Origin: Phoronis australis
Taxonomy: Eukaryota > Animalia > Phoronida
Direction: 5' to 3'
NCBI GenBank assembly: GCA_002633005.1
Contig: NMRA01000158.1
Location: 1-58,846, forward strand
DNA: 58,846 nucleotides
Part shown: positions 12,445 to 23,439 of the stretch, piece after piece
Numbering within the stretch: the stretch's first letter is position 1
Layout of the letters: every line of letters starts with the position of its first letter
Translations under genes and position numbers: made by a program
Notes under the pieces: model-generated
What the model saw: the letters and a program-made list of their open reading frames with translations, nothing else
Database searches by the model: none
Told to the model about the DNA's origin: nothing

Positions 12445-13777
12445 TAGCACATGTAGGCTATACTTGTTGTTGTAACTGAGTTCAAGTTATTAAGTATTTG
12501 TGGCATGGCTTACGAGCTTGTGTCATATGGTATTGATCAACTATTACTCACAACTTGAGATTGGTACTGTGCTCAAGGAGTAAGCGCGAGATAATGAACA
12601 ATTCTAATGCAGAATACATTTTCCCAAAACTTGCTGAATTGTCACATTTTCTGTTTTCCTGGACCCGTAGAGTTATTCTTGTTTACAGGCTGAGAGAAAG
12701 TAGCGCGCATACATGTACTTATTGTAGAACAACAGACAGGAAATGCAGAACACTACTGGAACTATTTAATGTACCATGTCGCTTTGTGCAAATAAATTGT
12801 ACTGAAAAAAAAAAACATTGAATGGCATTAAACCCGCAGCTTCGTCAAAACGTTTAACTAAATCCCTTATCAAGTCAGGGGTGTTCTAGGCCTGTGTTTT
12901 ATTACAACCTGTTCCAAGGGAAGCAATTCTGAACAAAGTCATTTTCACACCTGATCAGCAGCTTTTAAACGTTGACTTCACCGGACCAGTACAGCATTTT
13001 ATCTCTTTCACGTACACGCGGTCATCGTCTTTCTTCCAATTACTTTGAACACGTGCAGCCCTAGCTACACTGTCCCTCTTTCATACGGAAATAAAAAAGT
13101 CANCTTGCCATTGACATCTCCTAGTAGCACATGTAGGCTATACTTGTTGTTGTAACTGAGTTCAAGTTATTAAGTATTTGTGGCATGGCTTACGAGCTTG
13201 TGTCATATGGTATTGATCAACTATTACAACTTGAGATTGGTACTGTGCTCAAGGAGTAAGCGCGAGATAATGAACAATTCTAATGCAGAATACATTTTCC
13301 CAAAACTTGCTGAAGTGTCACATTTTCTGTTTTCCTGGACCCGTAGAGTTATTCTTGTTTACAGGCTGAGAGAAAGTAGCGCGCATACATGTTCTTATTG
13401 TAGAACAACAGACAGGAAATGCAGAACACTACTGGAACTATTTAATGTACCATGTCACTTTGTGCAAATAAATTGTACTGAAAAAAAAACATTGAATGGC
13501 ATTAAACCCGCAGCTTCGCCAAAAACGTTTAACTAAATCCCTTATCAAGTCAGGGTTGCTCTAGGTCTGTGTTTTATTACAACCTGTTCCAAGGGAAGCA
13601 ATTCTGAACAAAGCCATTTTCACACCTGATCAGCAGCTTTTACATGTTGACTTCACCGGACCAGTGCTGCATTTTATCTCTTTCACGTACACGCGGTCAT
13701 CGTCTTTCTTCCAATTACTTTGAACACGTGCAGCCCTAGCTACACTGTCCCTCTTTCATACGGAAAGAAAAAAGTCA
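12424..13777. repeat. Apparent tandem duplication (12424-13102 / 13104-13777) across a single N; probable allelic contig overlap
   Basis: Two ~675-bp copies of the CCDC122 stop/3'UTR region differ by a few SNPs and indels and abut exactly at N13103. Confidence 0.85.
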
Positions 13778-16039
13778 ACATCAGTTTTTAATATTGTTTG
13801 GAAAAAACTATATGGAGAGACGGTATGGTTCAATCATAATCGTGTAAAGGACGAATACATTTTATGTACTCGCACTCACCACTCGTCAGTCTGCTCTGTA
13901 AAATCCTGCGTGTTGTACCATTGCTCCGAGTCTGGAGTTAGGATTTGAACTTCGGCCTCTTAAAATTAGTCAGAATGCCGCCTGTTGCACGTACGGCCCC
14001 ACGTGCGGCTTTTAAAAAGATTACTGTATATTTACCGGGAATTAGTCTTCATATAGGAAGTGGCGTCAGTGCAGTCTGTCGAATAGTGGGAAAGAAGAAT
14101 CAGAGATGGTATAAATTCATAGTCTTATGATTAGTCAAACGGCGTTTTAAGTAAGCTGAGCTTTAGCCCAACGTTCGCTCCCTTATAATGTTTCATCCCA
14201 CAAGCTATAAAGTGTCATGTCACAACCAAGGCACTTCTCAGTACTGTCTAGTGAACCGACTAAACCGAGTGGAAACCGACTAAGTGTTGTACAATCGGAA
14301 CAAGATGCCTGTGGACCGTGTTGCATTCATGCCCCCCATCGTTTCTGGCAGCAGTTGCCTAGTTGCACTTGTACCCAGCCGGACTTCTGGCGTGACAATG
14401 TTCTAAGACAGCTGTAGATTACTGCATATACGTTTGATTGGTTACAACGAACTTCGGTAAAATCGAACGTTTTAGAAAACTCGTAATCCTGTTTGACTAC
14501 AAGCCAGGGACTGTTTGGTCTTTCTATTGCCTAAGGATTTTATGTCACACTTTTGTGTTTTAACCGGCTTTCAGTAAGATTGTAGACATTAAATTGAATT
14601 TGCAGTAGAAAGACGTTGGCGCAGTGGCAAAACCGTGCTTGCTGCTAACAGAAGTGTCAAAAGAAATTGACTGAATTAATTGCTTATATTTTCTGTTTCT
14701 TCAGGATTTGTGTCTCCTAGGCTTATTTCAGTAGCAATTTCTGAGAGCCCCTACTGGTTCTTCTACATCGACCGTCACAGATTCTCCTAAAACTTCATGA
14801 GGGCTTTGGCTTCCTCTAGAAATGCAGTAAGTCACCTGACACAAGACTCGTTTTCGTTTTTATACTGATCTTGCAAAAACAGCTTTTTGACACTTATTTC
14901 AGTAAAAAAGCTGACAACTTTGCAAGACTATTGGGACACCATAAAAGTTAGGAATAAACACGATTTTTTCTTTATTTGACCTTAAGATCCAGAAACACGT
15001 TTAATATTTTAGATATTGGTGGTGGTTGTGGAGGTTCCGGGAGGGGGCCACTTTGGTCCCTCAACACAAATGTACTCATACAGAGAGGTGTACGTGCATA
15101 ACACAGTGTCACTCAGATCAGTCCCTAAAATACATGTACACATAATAGAAGTGTGGCATGTAATTAGAAGACATAACTTTTACCTTTCAGCAAGATTATA
15201 GGCATGGGCTATGAAATCATGTTATTTTGTGATTTTTTGGCGTTCAGCGACAATACGTTTCACCCTAAAGAACGGTTGGCAAGCTAAGCTTGAGCGGCCA
15301 TACGGAAAAAATCCTGACTGCATAAACTAAGTTTTGCCATTGATATGGATTTTCGGGACTAGTGTGCACATAAAAAGCTGCTGTCAGATATTTCTCATAC
15401 AACTGGCACAAAAGTAAAAATTGTCCCCCAGCATAAAACGTAAATTTTTGCCAATTCTGGGACGGGTCATGTAGTCCATAGTCTCTATCAGAAATTGAAG
15501 TGTTGGATTTAAGCGTTTTTGTGTGTTGAAAGTACACATGCCTTGTTCGTTTAACGGCGTTTTCTATTTCCGAAGACCGTACCCATCCAGTCTTACTGAT
15601 ATATTTTAGTCTGACTAATCTGTCCTAACCGATGCACAAATTAATGCGCGTGGCTTTGTCGCGTTGTTCAATTTCTCTTATGGTGCATTGATTTTAGGAA
15701 GGCGTACACGGCTAGAGTTTACTTTTCAATTTTAAAACCAGAGACAATGGTAGTTTACTTTACTTATTGTGTGTTCTTTGGCTTTGAAACGTGCTCTACA
15801 TGTAGGTATAAAGGCACGTTAGATTACGACCGCTATTATTCCATCGGCCTAGCCCATTAATGGCAATTAGCTCACTTCAATCTGTGACAGCGACACCAAG
15901 CCTTTGATGTGCGGTGGAGTTCGCTGGATAATTTGGATGAACCGTATGCTTGCGTGCAAGTCCAGTCAGCGCAAGGGTTGTCTAATTCTCGTAATACCTA
16001 AGTAGGAGGGGGTGGAAAGAGTCTTTGTGATTTGACAGA

Positions 16040-16345
16040 CTCCATCATCTTTATCTGTGGCTAAAGTGGCCTGAAGCGGGGGCAAGGTGACGAGCGTCCT
16101 CTAGTAATGGAAGTAAAGCGACCAAAGAGGGGATGGAGGTAAAGCTGTTGTTGCGTTAAACTCATGGTGTCGACGGGGAAGGAGTTGTGCTGGCGGAGGA
16201 AACCGGCTGCCGACCGGGGTTGGATGGAGATAAAACTGGTGGGGTCGAAATTGGGCAACTGGGTGGTGACAGAGCCGGAGGGCGGAGGCTGGGAAAATGT
16301 TATGTGGGGGTGGGTTGCTGTAGTCATATTGTTGTGCTCGAAGCA
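16040..16345 (-). mobile_element. Possible decayed LINE 3' fragment
   Basis: GC-rich island. Minus-frame FISIQPRS...RQHNSFPV weakly resembles the 'R..NSFFP' end of LINE ORF2. Confidence 0.3.
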
Positions 16346-16910
16346 AACCTTCATACGCCCATAATATTAGCTACATGTATCATGGTTGTGCTGCAGGTTA
16401 ACTGACGACCCACGTGTACTTGACCCACAGATTGTCCCGAGAGATCGTCTTTAAAACAAGTCATTTTGTCGCGGTCAAGCAATGTAGTTGTACTAGTCAT
16501 GTGTTTAATTACACTGTAAACAGTTGCAAACTCATTGGACTGATCTTTAGTCCGAAAATACATTCGTTTTCACTGTAATTCTAGAGGTTTTGCGCCTATG
16601 TCATTCAGGTAACCAGCACGCCGATAGGCCTCCTTTCTAGCAGAGCGCCGTAATAAGAATTTCAACGAAGTCAATTTCAAAAACTCGATCGCGTATATTA
16701 AATAAATGCAACAATCGCCTTATTGACGGACTCTGACATTTTGCTCAAAACTTATGAAACTGAAAAATTGATATTTGAACTTGGGAACAGTACACTGATT
16801 TCAAAAGTTGGCTGCAACGTATTGCGATGACATAAAAATGAAATACTTCTAAGACTCTTCATTATAAATCTGACTCTCAGGTATACCCAGATGGGTACCG
16901 CCATAATTAA

Positions 16911-19031
16911 CTTAGATTTCGGCGGTCAACCATCAACTATGATAAAGCACTTGAAATAAACAAAATTTTCACATCTTAGTTCACAAAAATGGGCCAAAAT
17001 AAAAAAATGAACTAAAAACTTAACATTACATACTTCATGGCCAACGTTTTTCCTATTTAAGACTGTCAAAGTGTTCCGTAAAGTTGCATGCTTACGTGAT
17101 CGCATAGATTAATCTGAAGCTTGCCCGCTGCTTTTATCAAGCCTCTGTTCCATGTCTAAACGTTCTTGACGGTACCTCGCACCCGATTTTTCGTCACCTG
17201 CATCCGTATAGGCGATAGCAATGTTATGCAAGCTCGCTACTATTTTGGGATGGTCCTTGCCACCGAATAGCCTCTTTCTCATATTTAACGCCTCCTGATG
17301 TAACTCGATTGCCTTGTCGTATTGCTGGAATCGCCTGTGAATTATTGCTAAGTAGCTTAGACAGGACGCAAAGTCCTCATCATCTCTACTGCCAATTAGT
17401 CTCCTTTTCATATTCAAAAACTCCTGGTTGTGTAAGAATGCTTCATCGAACCTTCCCGTTTCCATGCACAGCTCCGCCACTTTAAACAAAGACATTACTA
17501 TGTCAGAGTCATTGTTACGCAATCTCTTCTTCATAAACAATGAATTTTTATGGTTTTCCAGAGCCTCGTCTAATCGTTCTTTATCGATCAGTATTTCTCC
17601 AATATTAAAATATGTTAAAGCGATGTACGGGTGATCAGCGCCCTTCATACACCGTTCCATCATAGCCAGAGCCTCCTTGAATGCCAGGAGCGCTGTATCA
17701 TATTCCTCCTTTTCTTTATGCACACACCCGATATTTATCAACACCGCCACTATGCCAGGGTGATCATCGCTGCTATTGCAGGACGACAAAATCCTCTTGA
17801 ACATATCTAAGGACTCCTTGAGATATGTCACTGCTTTATTCAAGTCACCAATTTTTCTGTACAGGTTTCCAATGTTTGATAAAACTTCTGCTGTGCCTTT
17901 GTGATCCTGACCGTTCAGCAGTCTCCTATCCATGTCTAATGAGTGTCTGTGGTACATGAGAGCGGTCTTTNCTTGGATTTCGGCGGTCAACCATCAACTA
18001 TGACAAAGCACTTGAAATAAACACAATTTTCACATCTTAGTTCACAAAAATGGGCCAAAATAAAGAAATGAACTAAAAACTTAACATTACATACTTCGTG
18101 GTCAACGTTTTTCCTATTTAAGACTGTCAAAGTGTTCCGTAAAGTTGCATGCTTACGTGATCACATAGATTAATCTGAAGCTTGCCCGCTGCTTTTATCA
18201 AGCCTCTGTTCCATGTCTAAACGTTCTTGACGGTACCTCGCACTCGATTTTTCGTCACCTGCATCCGCATAGGCGATAGCAATGTTATGCAAGCTCGCTA
18301 CTATTTTGGGATGGTCCTTGCCACCGAATAGCCTCTTTCTCATATTCAACGCCTCCAGATGTAACTCGATTGCCTTGTCGTATTGCTGGAATCGCCTGTG
18401 AATTATTGCTAAGTAGCTTAGACAGGACGCAAAGTCCTCATCATCTCTACTGCCAATTAGTTTCCTTTTCATATTCAAAAACTCCTGGTTGTATAAGAAC
18501 GCTTCATCGAACCTTCCCGTTTCCATGCACAGCTCCGCCATTTTAAACAAAGACATTACGATGTCAGAGTCATTGTTACGCAATCTCTTCTTCATAAACA
18601 ATGAATTTTTATGGTTTTCCAGAGCCTCGTCTAATCGTTCCTTATCGATCAGTATTTCTCCAATATTAAAATATGTTAAAGCGATGTACGGGTGATCAGC
18701 GCCCTTCATACACCGTTCCATCATAGCCAGAGCCTCCTTGAATGCCAGGAGCGCTGTATCATATTCCTCCTTTTCTTTATGCACACACCCGATATTTATC
18801 AACACCGCCACTATGCCAGGGTGATCATCGCTGCTATTGCAGGACGACAAAATCCTCTTGAACATATCTAACGACTCCTTGAGATATGTCACTGCTTTAT
18901 TCAAGTCATCAATTTTTCTGTACAGGTTTCCAATGTTTGATAAAACTTCTGCTGTGCCTTTGTGATCCTGACCGTTCAGCAGTCTCCTATCCATGTCTAA
19001 TGAGTGTCTGTGGTACATGAGAGCGGTCTTT
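16911..19031. repeat. Apparent tandem duplication (16911-17970 / 17972-19031) across a single N; probable allelic contig overlap
   Basis: Two 1060-bp copies abut at N17971. Within the coding part I count 12 substitutions in ~860 bp. Confidence 0.85.
17109..17970 (-). other. Second (probably allelic) copy of the 3' ~286 codons of the NTase-TPR gene
   Basis: ORF 17109-17990 matches the C-terminus of ORF 18170-19921 except for 7 residues. It begins at the N join and has no real start of its own. Confidence 0.8.
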
Positions 19032-21331
19032 AAATCGCCTAATCGGCTGTAGATAGCGGCGGCGTTGTTCATGCTCGCTGATACGACCGGATGATCCCCA
19101 TTTCCGTGCAAGATTTGCGCCATGTCCAGCGCTCTCAGGTGCCACTCTAAAGATTTTTCATTCTGACCCATGTGGGCAAGTGCTTCACCTAATCCAACAA
19201 GACTGTCTAATACATCCGGGTGATTTGCCCCGTCATGAGCCCATTCTACAATATTTAATGCCTCCATGTGGCATCTTAGTGCCTCACCTGCTGTTCCCAT
19301 ATCGCAGTATACTGCTCCAATGTAATTGAGACTCACTGCCAAGTCACGGTGTCTTTCGCTACCATGCATTCGTAATCTTTGATGGTAGGCTTTCGTAAAG
19401 AACTCAAGAGCTGTATCCAGCTTGCCAAGGGTAAGGTAGTTACTTGCCACTTGGTCTAAATTCTGTGCAACTAAACTGTCTGAAGGTTCAACATCTGTTC
19501 TTTCAAGAATGTCTTTCAGTGTTAAAGAATACGACAATGCTTGATGCAGTTGACCCTCGCTAGAATATGTGGTGGCTATATTGAACATACATTGGCGAGT
19601 CTTCTCGTCTGTTTCAATGTAAAAGATTTCACGATCGTCAAAAAGTAACTTCTTGACAAGTGTTTCGTCATCAACATTTCTGAAACGCTTTTCAATGTGT
19701 GAGACAAAATGTTCCCGCGCCTTCTTGTACAAGCAGAGGTTAATTTCGATAAGGCCAGTCACAAACTCGTTGCTGTCGTAAAAGGATCCTGGAATTTTAT
19801 TTGAAGTGAAAACAGCGTATGCACCTTTGGCCTGTAAGGATATAATTAGTGGTAGCATGGTGTAATAATACCTGAACACCAAACTACGGTTCTCAAGATA
19901 GACAACTGGTCTCGAGTCCACTTATGTTGACTTTGAGCTGGGAGACAACAGACTCATGGATTCTTCTTGGTAATGTTTCCTTGAATAAATGGATAGTCTG
20001 AGGAGTGATACAATAGACACCACACAGTCCAAATTGTGAACCGCCTGATCTGTGAGTATACCTGCTTTTCCCATTTCTTCTAAAACAGCCCATGTACTGT
20101 TACTATTTAAAGAGTACAAGGTTTTGAACAAACAGATAATTAAGCTAGGAAGTCTGAACAACCCTTGTTTGATGTCGTGAACCGTGTTGGCATACTTGTG
20201 AAAATTTGTCTTAGGAAAGAAATCTTGAATGAGCTCCAAGATTTCATCGAACGCTTTCGCCTTGACATTTTCATTGCTTTTGACTTCTCTCCTGGCTGAA
20301 ATGAAATCGTCTACAAGCTTATCTGCGCCACTGCTTCCACCAATCTTTACAACAGAGGTCATGATACGATCAATGTTATAACCTTCTTTTAGCGCGGTGT
20401 TATATTCACACAGCTGAGCCATACGTTGTGGAGTCCGGATCAGTTCACGACCTTCCTTCGTTGGCCTGTCCGGTCGACCTAGAGGTGTGTTACACGCGTA
20501 TGGTGCTGCGCTGTCGAACTGGAACCCACGTGGTGCGACGCTGTCTGTGAACCAGTTTGCACCTGGTTTGTCATAATCGTTCAGCGATTTGATGGCTAGC
20601 GATTTCAGCAGAGTTTCTTGGATATTTAATACGAACAAATGGACCAGCCTTGCTAAATTTCTGAAATAATCTTTGCCATTTGACTCATCTTCTACAAGAA
20701 TAGCCCATTCGATATCGGAAAAAGGTGTCGTATCACCTCTTGCTAATGACCCTAGTCCTATTGCCGCATATTCTTGAGGAGGTGCGCCAAGGATCTGTTC
20801 ACTTTCGGTGATTAAATGACGAACTAAATCAACTATTTCGGCAGTTAAGTCAACAAAAAGGTGCTTAATCTTAGCAGTAAATTCTTTTTCTGTCAAAATA
20901 CGTTCAGAATCACTACTTTCTAGATTATATCTGGACTGCATTTCTTTCAATAAGTCACTTGCTCTCTCGCTAAACTCATTTCTCAATTTACTCAATTTTT
21001 GCTTTATATCACTCCGGAAATCTTCGGGCAGTTTTGTTGGTGATATTGATAAAACCTTACAAAATGCCATTTCCGCTTGCCGTAATTGATTTCCAAGCGC
21101 TTCCATTAAAGCAGGGTTATTTGTTCTCAACATCGCTGCGTTTGCGAGTGCCGAGGATTTCACAAAGTTGTCCACGTCTTTCGTCAGCAGACCACGTTCA
21201 CAATAGACCTCTCCCATCTCTTTTAGTATCCTAGCATCCCTCTCCAGTTCATCACGTGATCCGTTTTTTAAGATGTCAGCCAGTTTTTCTTCTTTTGCAT
21301 CTAGTGTTGCAAGACGTTCATCTGAAACCAT
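18170..21331 (-). CDS. Nucleotidyltransferase (GlnD/GlnE/DUF294-like, pol-beta fold) - TPR array protein, ~1053 codons, interrupted by one in-frame TAA (19924-19922)
   Basis: ORFs 19922-21331 and 18170-19921 abut in the same frame (TCA ACA TAA GTG GAC). NTase motif AAIGLGSLARGDTTPFSDIEWAILVE fits hG[GS]x9-13Dh[DE]h (~20695-20767). Helical partner domain DIKQGLFRLP...TWAVLEEMGKAGIL...AVHNL...LLRL follows. About 11 KLC/NPHP3-type 42-43-aa TPRs (HRDLAVSLNYIG, HPDVLDSLVGLG, HPVVSASMNNAA, HPYIALTYFNIG, HPKIVASLHNIA). No coding introns. Confidence 0.9.
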
Positions 21332-21380
21332 AACAACAATTTATTAATTTTCAATTAAAACCAATGGTGATCCTTTTCCT

Positions 21381-23203
21381 CTGATAATGAAATTTAATGA
21401 AACAACAGTCGCGTGTCGTTTAAGTCTCTCATTAACATGTAAAATTCGATTGGTAAGAATATCCTCAGATAAAAATGAGTGGTGCCACTTCGAATCGACT
21501 CTGATGTGCATGAGACCATATAAGGGGATTTCATTTACGGCGCTGTTGTTTTTCCAATATAAATGTGGGGCAGTTGGCGGCTCGTGAACTCCCGGTGAAA
21601 AATAAGTGAAAGTAAGTCGAGTTTTGTAATTAGCATTGGTTTACGTCGAAAGAATATCACTTCATCTCTTCAGTTAGGGATATGTCCATATTACAAGAGA
21701 TTGATATAGAACGCCATGCATTTGTTGTTGGTTCAAAGAGTAGACCTAGGTCCCCGGCTGACGACAGAGTTTAGCTTGAGGCCCTTGCTAATGCAATATG
21801 AATAAGTTAAATTTGCATTCATTCAGTTTAAGTGCACAAACAGCGAAAACAGAATTAAATATTTTAGTGGTATCAAAACTGGTATTATAATAGTGTGTTT
21901 ACGCTACCGTAAACTACTCAAGAAAATACTTCAGAGTTTGTCAGGGTTGGCCAACCCTAAAGTCGCGAAATCGAAAATGATGCATAAAGACTACACATTG
22001 ACTGTGACTTGGCTTGGTACATGTAGCAGAGGTGAAATGCTGTCACGGTAAGCAATCTTACGAGACCAGTAAAGGCCAGCTGAAAAGGGTGAAATGTAAG
22101 TTTGACCTTGTTTTCAGGACACTGAGAAATTAGCTCTATAATTCCTGAACTCTTTGGAGATGCTACATTTAAATTACTCATTTATGACGTGACAAGTCGT
22201 GTTCTTTGTCAGCACCGAGAGCCTACTTACTGTAAGGGAAATGTGGTCTATGAGCACATAGAGCATTTCACGTAAATCAGCTCCCAGTTCATAGTAATCA
22301 CGTTCAAATGGTGCTTCTTTTAAGTTGCTCGCTGCATTTGCAGTAGACGTAGAAATGGGAAGCTTCACTTTGAAAATAGTGCCATTGGGTATTGTGCAAG
22401 GCCTTTGAAGAGTGATACAATCTATTCTTCATATTTTTAGGTTTTGTACACCCTGTGGCTGAGATGGGTGGAGGTGCATGGACCTGTTTTTTCAAGTCCA
22501 AAGCCGCAAAACCTGTTTCGTGGTATGCCATCAACGTTGCATGCTCACCGTAATCTGTTGACTTGCGCTGCAGCGACACGTAGTTAACACCAGTCCGTTC
22601 ACTCTCAGTGTTGACACTGAGTTGTTCGATGACGAAATCCATGAGTCACTTGAAACCTTGAAATATAATTCGAAAGAAGCGCTTACTGTTTTTGTGAAAA
22701 TAACTTTAATTGTGAAGTATCCGACGTGTCTATGGACGTAAGTGTGAACGGAGGGCTCCTTCCCCGCTGGGCAAACCTGACGTGAGTGTACATAGTTATA
22801 GGCCAATGGCGAAAACGCTAGTGATGCCATCGATAAAGCGTTAGTTTTACTCCCCAAAATTCATGACGTTTTCACTAGCAATCTTATTGCCAGAAACCGC
22901 TTACTGAATGCATGGGCAGGCGAAGGAGGTCTATATTCATCGTTTCGCTATTGAAGAAAACGAACGTCCTTTGACGCTAATTTTTGCTAGAGCAATTGAC
23001 AGCACATCGGTCTGCATATAAAGCCAACATATATATATATATTCTCCACTGATAAACTGCTACTAGTGTTTGCTTTATCAGATGCCAACGAACACAATGA
23101 AGCTTTTTATATACCTCGCAGACAATGTTTTAATATATACATGTGTTACAATTATTATGCCCTCCTCTCTAAAAAAACCCAGGGCGTCATGATGCATGCT
23201 TAC
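21381..23203 (-). other. Candidate 5'UTR intron of the NTase-TPR gene
   Basis: Strong minus-strand donor CTGAG|GTAAGC at 23204/23203. Acceptor TTTCATTATCAG| at 21381/21380, 49 nt upstream of the ATG. Confidence 0.4.
21957..22700 (-). pseudogene. Frameshifted coding-like remnant of unknown origin (possibly transposon-derived)
   Basis: Overlapping same-strand ORFs 22304-22642, 22174-22368 and 21957-22181 chain through apparent frameshifts with protein-like composition. No motif recognised. Confidence 0.3.
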
Positions 23204-23424
23204 CTCAGATAGTCAGTTTTTAGGTAGTCGTCGTGTCAAAACCTTGCCCAATAAATCGACCTCGAAAGCTTCTGTCAACCTGCTAAACATACAGTGTAAC
23301 TACTGGTTGTTGCCTATTGTGATTTGTGAGTGTGCACAATGGCTAGTTGACCTTGGCGTTGCTTATCTTAGACCATTGTGACGAATACGGCTCGAGTCGA
23401 CGTGTACGATTTTTTAGTTCTTGG

Positions 23425-23439
23425 AACTGAAAGTGAAAC
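23425..23439. promoter_or_regulatory. IRF-E/ISRE-like motif AACTGAAAGTGAAAC
   Basis: Matches the IRF consensus GAAANNGAAAC, ~225 bp upstream (minus-strand sense) of the candidate first-exon donor. A second AAGTGAAAGT is at 21604-21613 and a kappaB-like GGGGATTTCA at 21524-21533. Confidence 0.4.

Noticed and set aside
12555-13536. Duplicated small protein genes (ORFs 12555-12821 and 13180-13536)
   Set aside because: Chance ORFs in the CCDC122 3'UTR, repeated by the contig overlap; the copies differ by frameshifts.
17109-17990. A second TPR gene or tandem paralog
   Set aside because: It starts at an N join, has no real start codon, and is part of an exact 1060-bp overlap. The same artefact pattern occurs at N13103 and N7473.
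19900-19955. Small intron or selenocysteine/readthrough signal removing the internal stop
   Set aside because: The only frame-preserving GT-AG candidate found (48 nt) has poor consensus. The stop is TAA, not TGA, and lacks the CUAG context.
20695-20767. cGAS/cGLR (Mab21) or OAS assignment for the NTase
   Set aside because: The downstream DIKxG...LRL helical domain and upstream PPxxYAxIGLGS context fit GlnD/GlnE/DUF294-type enzymes. No Mab21-type C-terminal motifs were seen.
18170-21331. Two-gene bacterial operon (NTase + TPR) or bacterial contamination
   Set aside because: The ORFs are in frame with zero spacing, no ribosome-binding site is evident, and the flanks are contiguous animal repeats and spliced genes.
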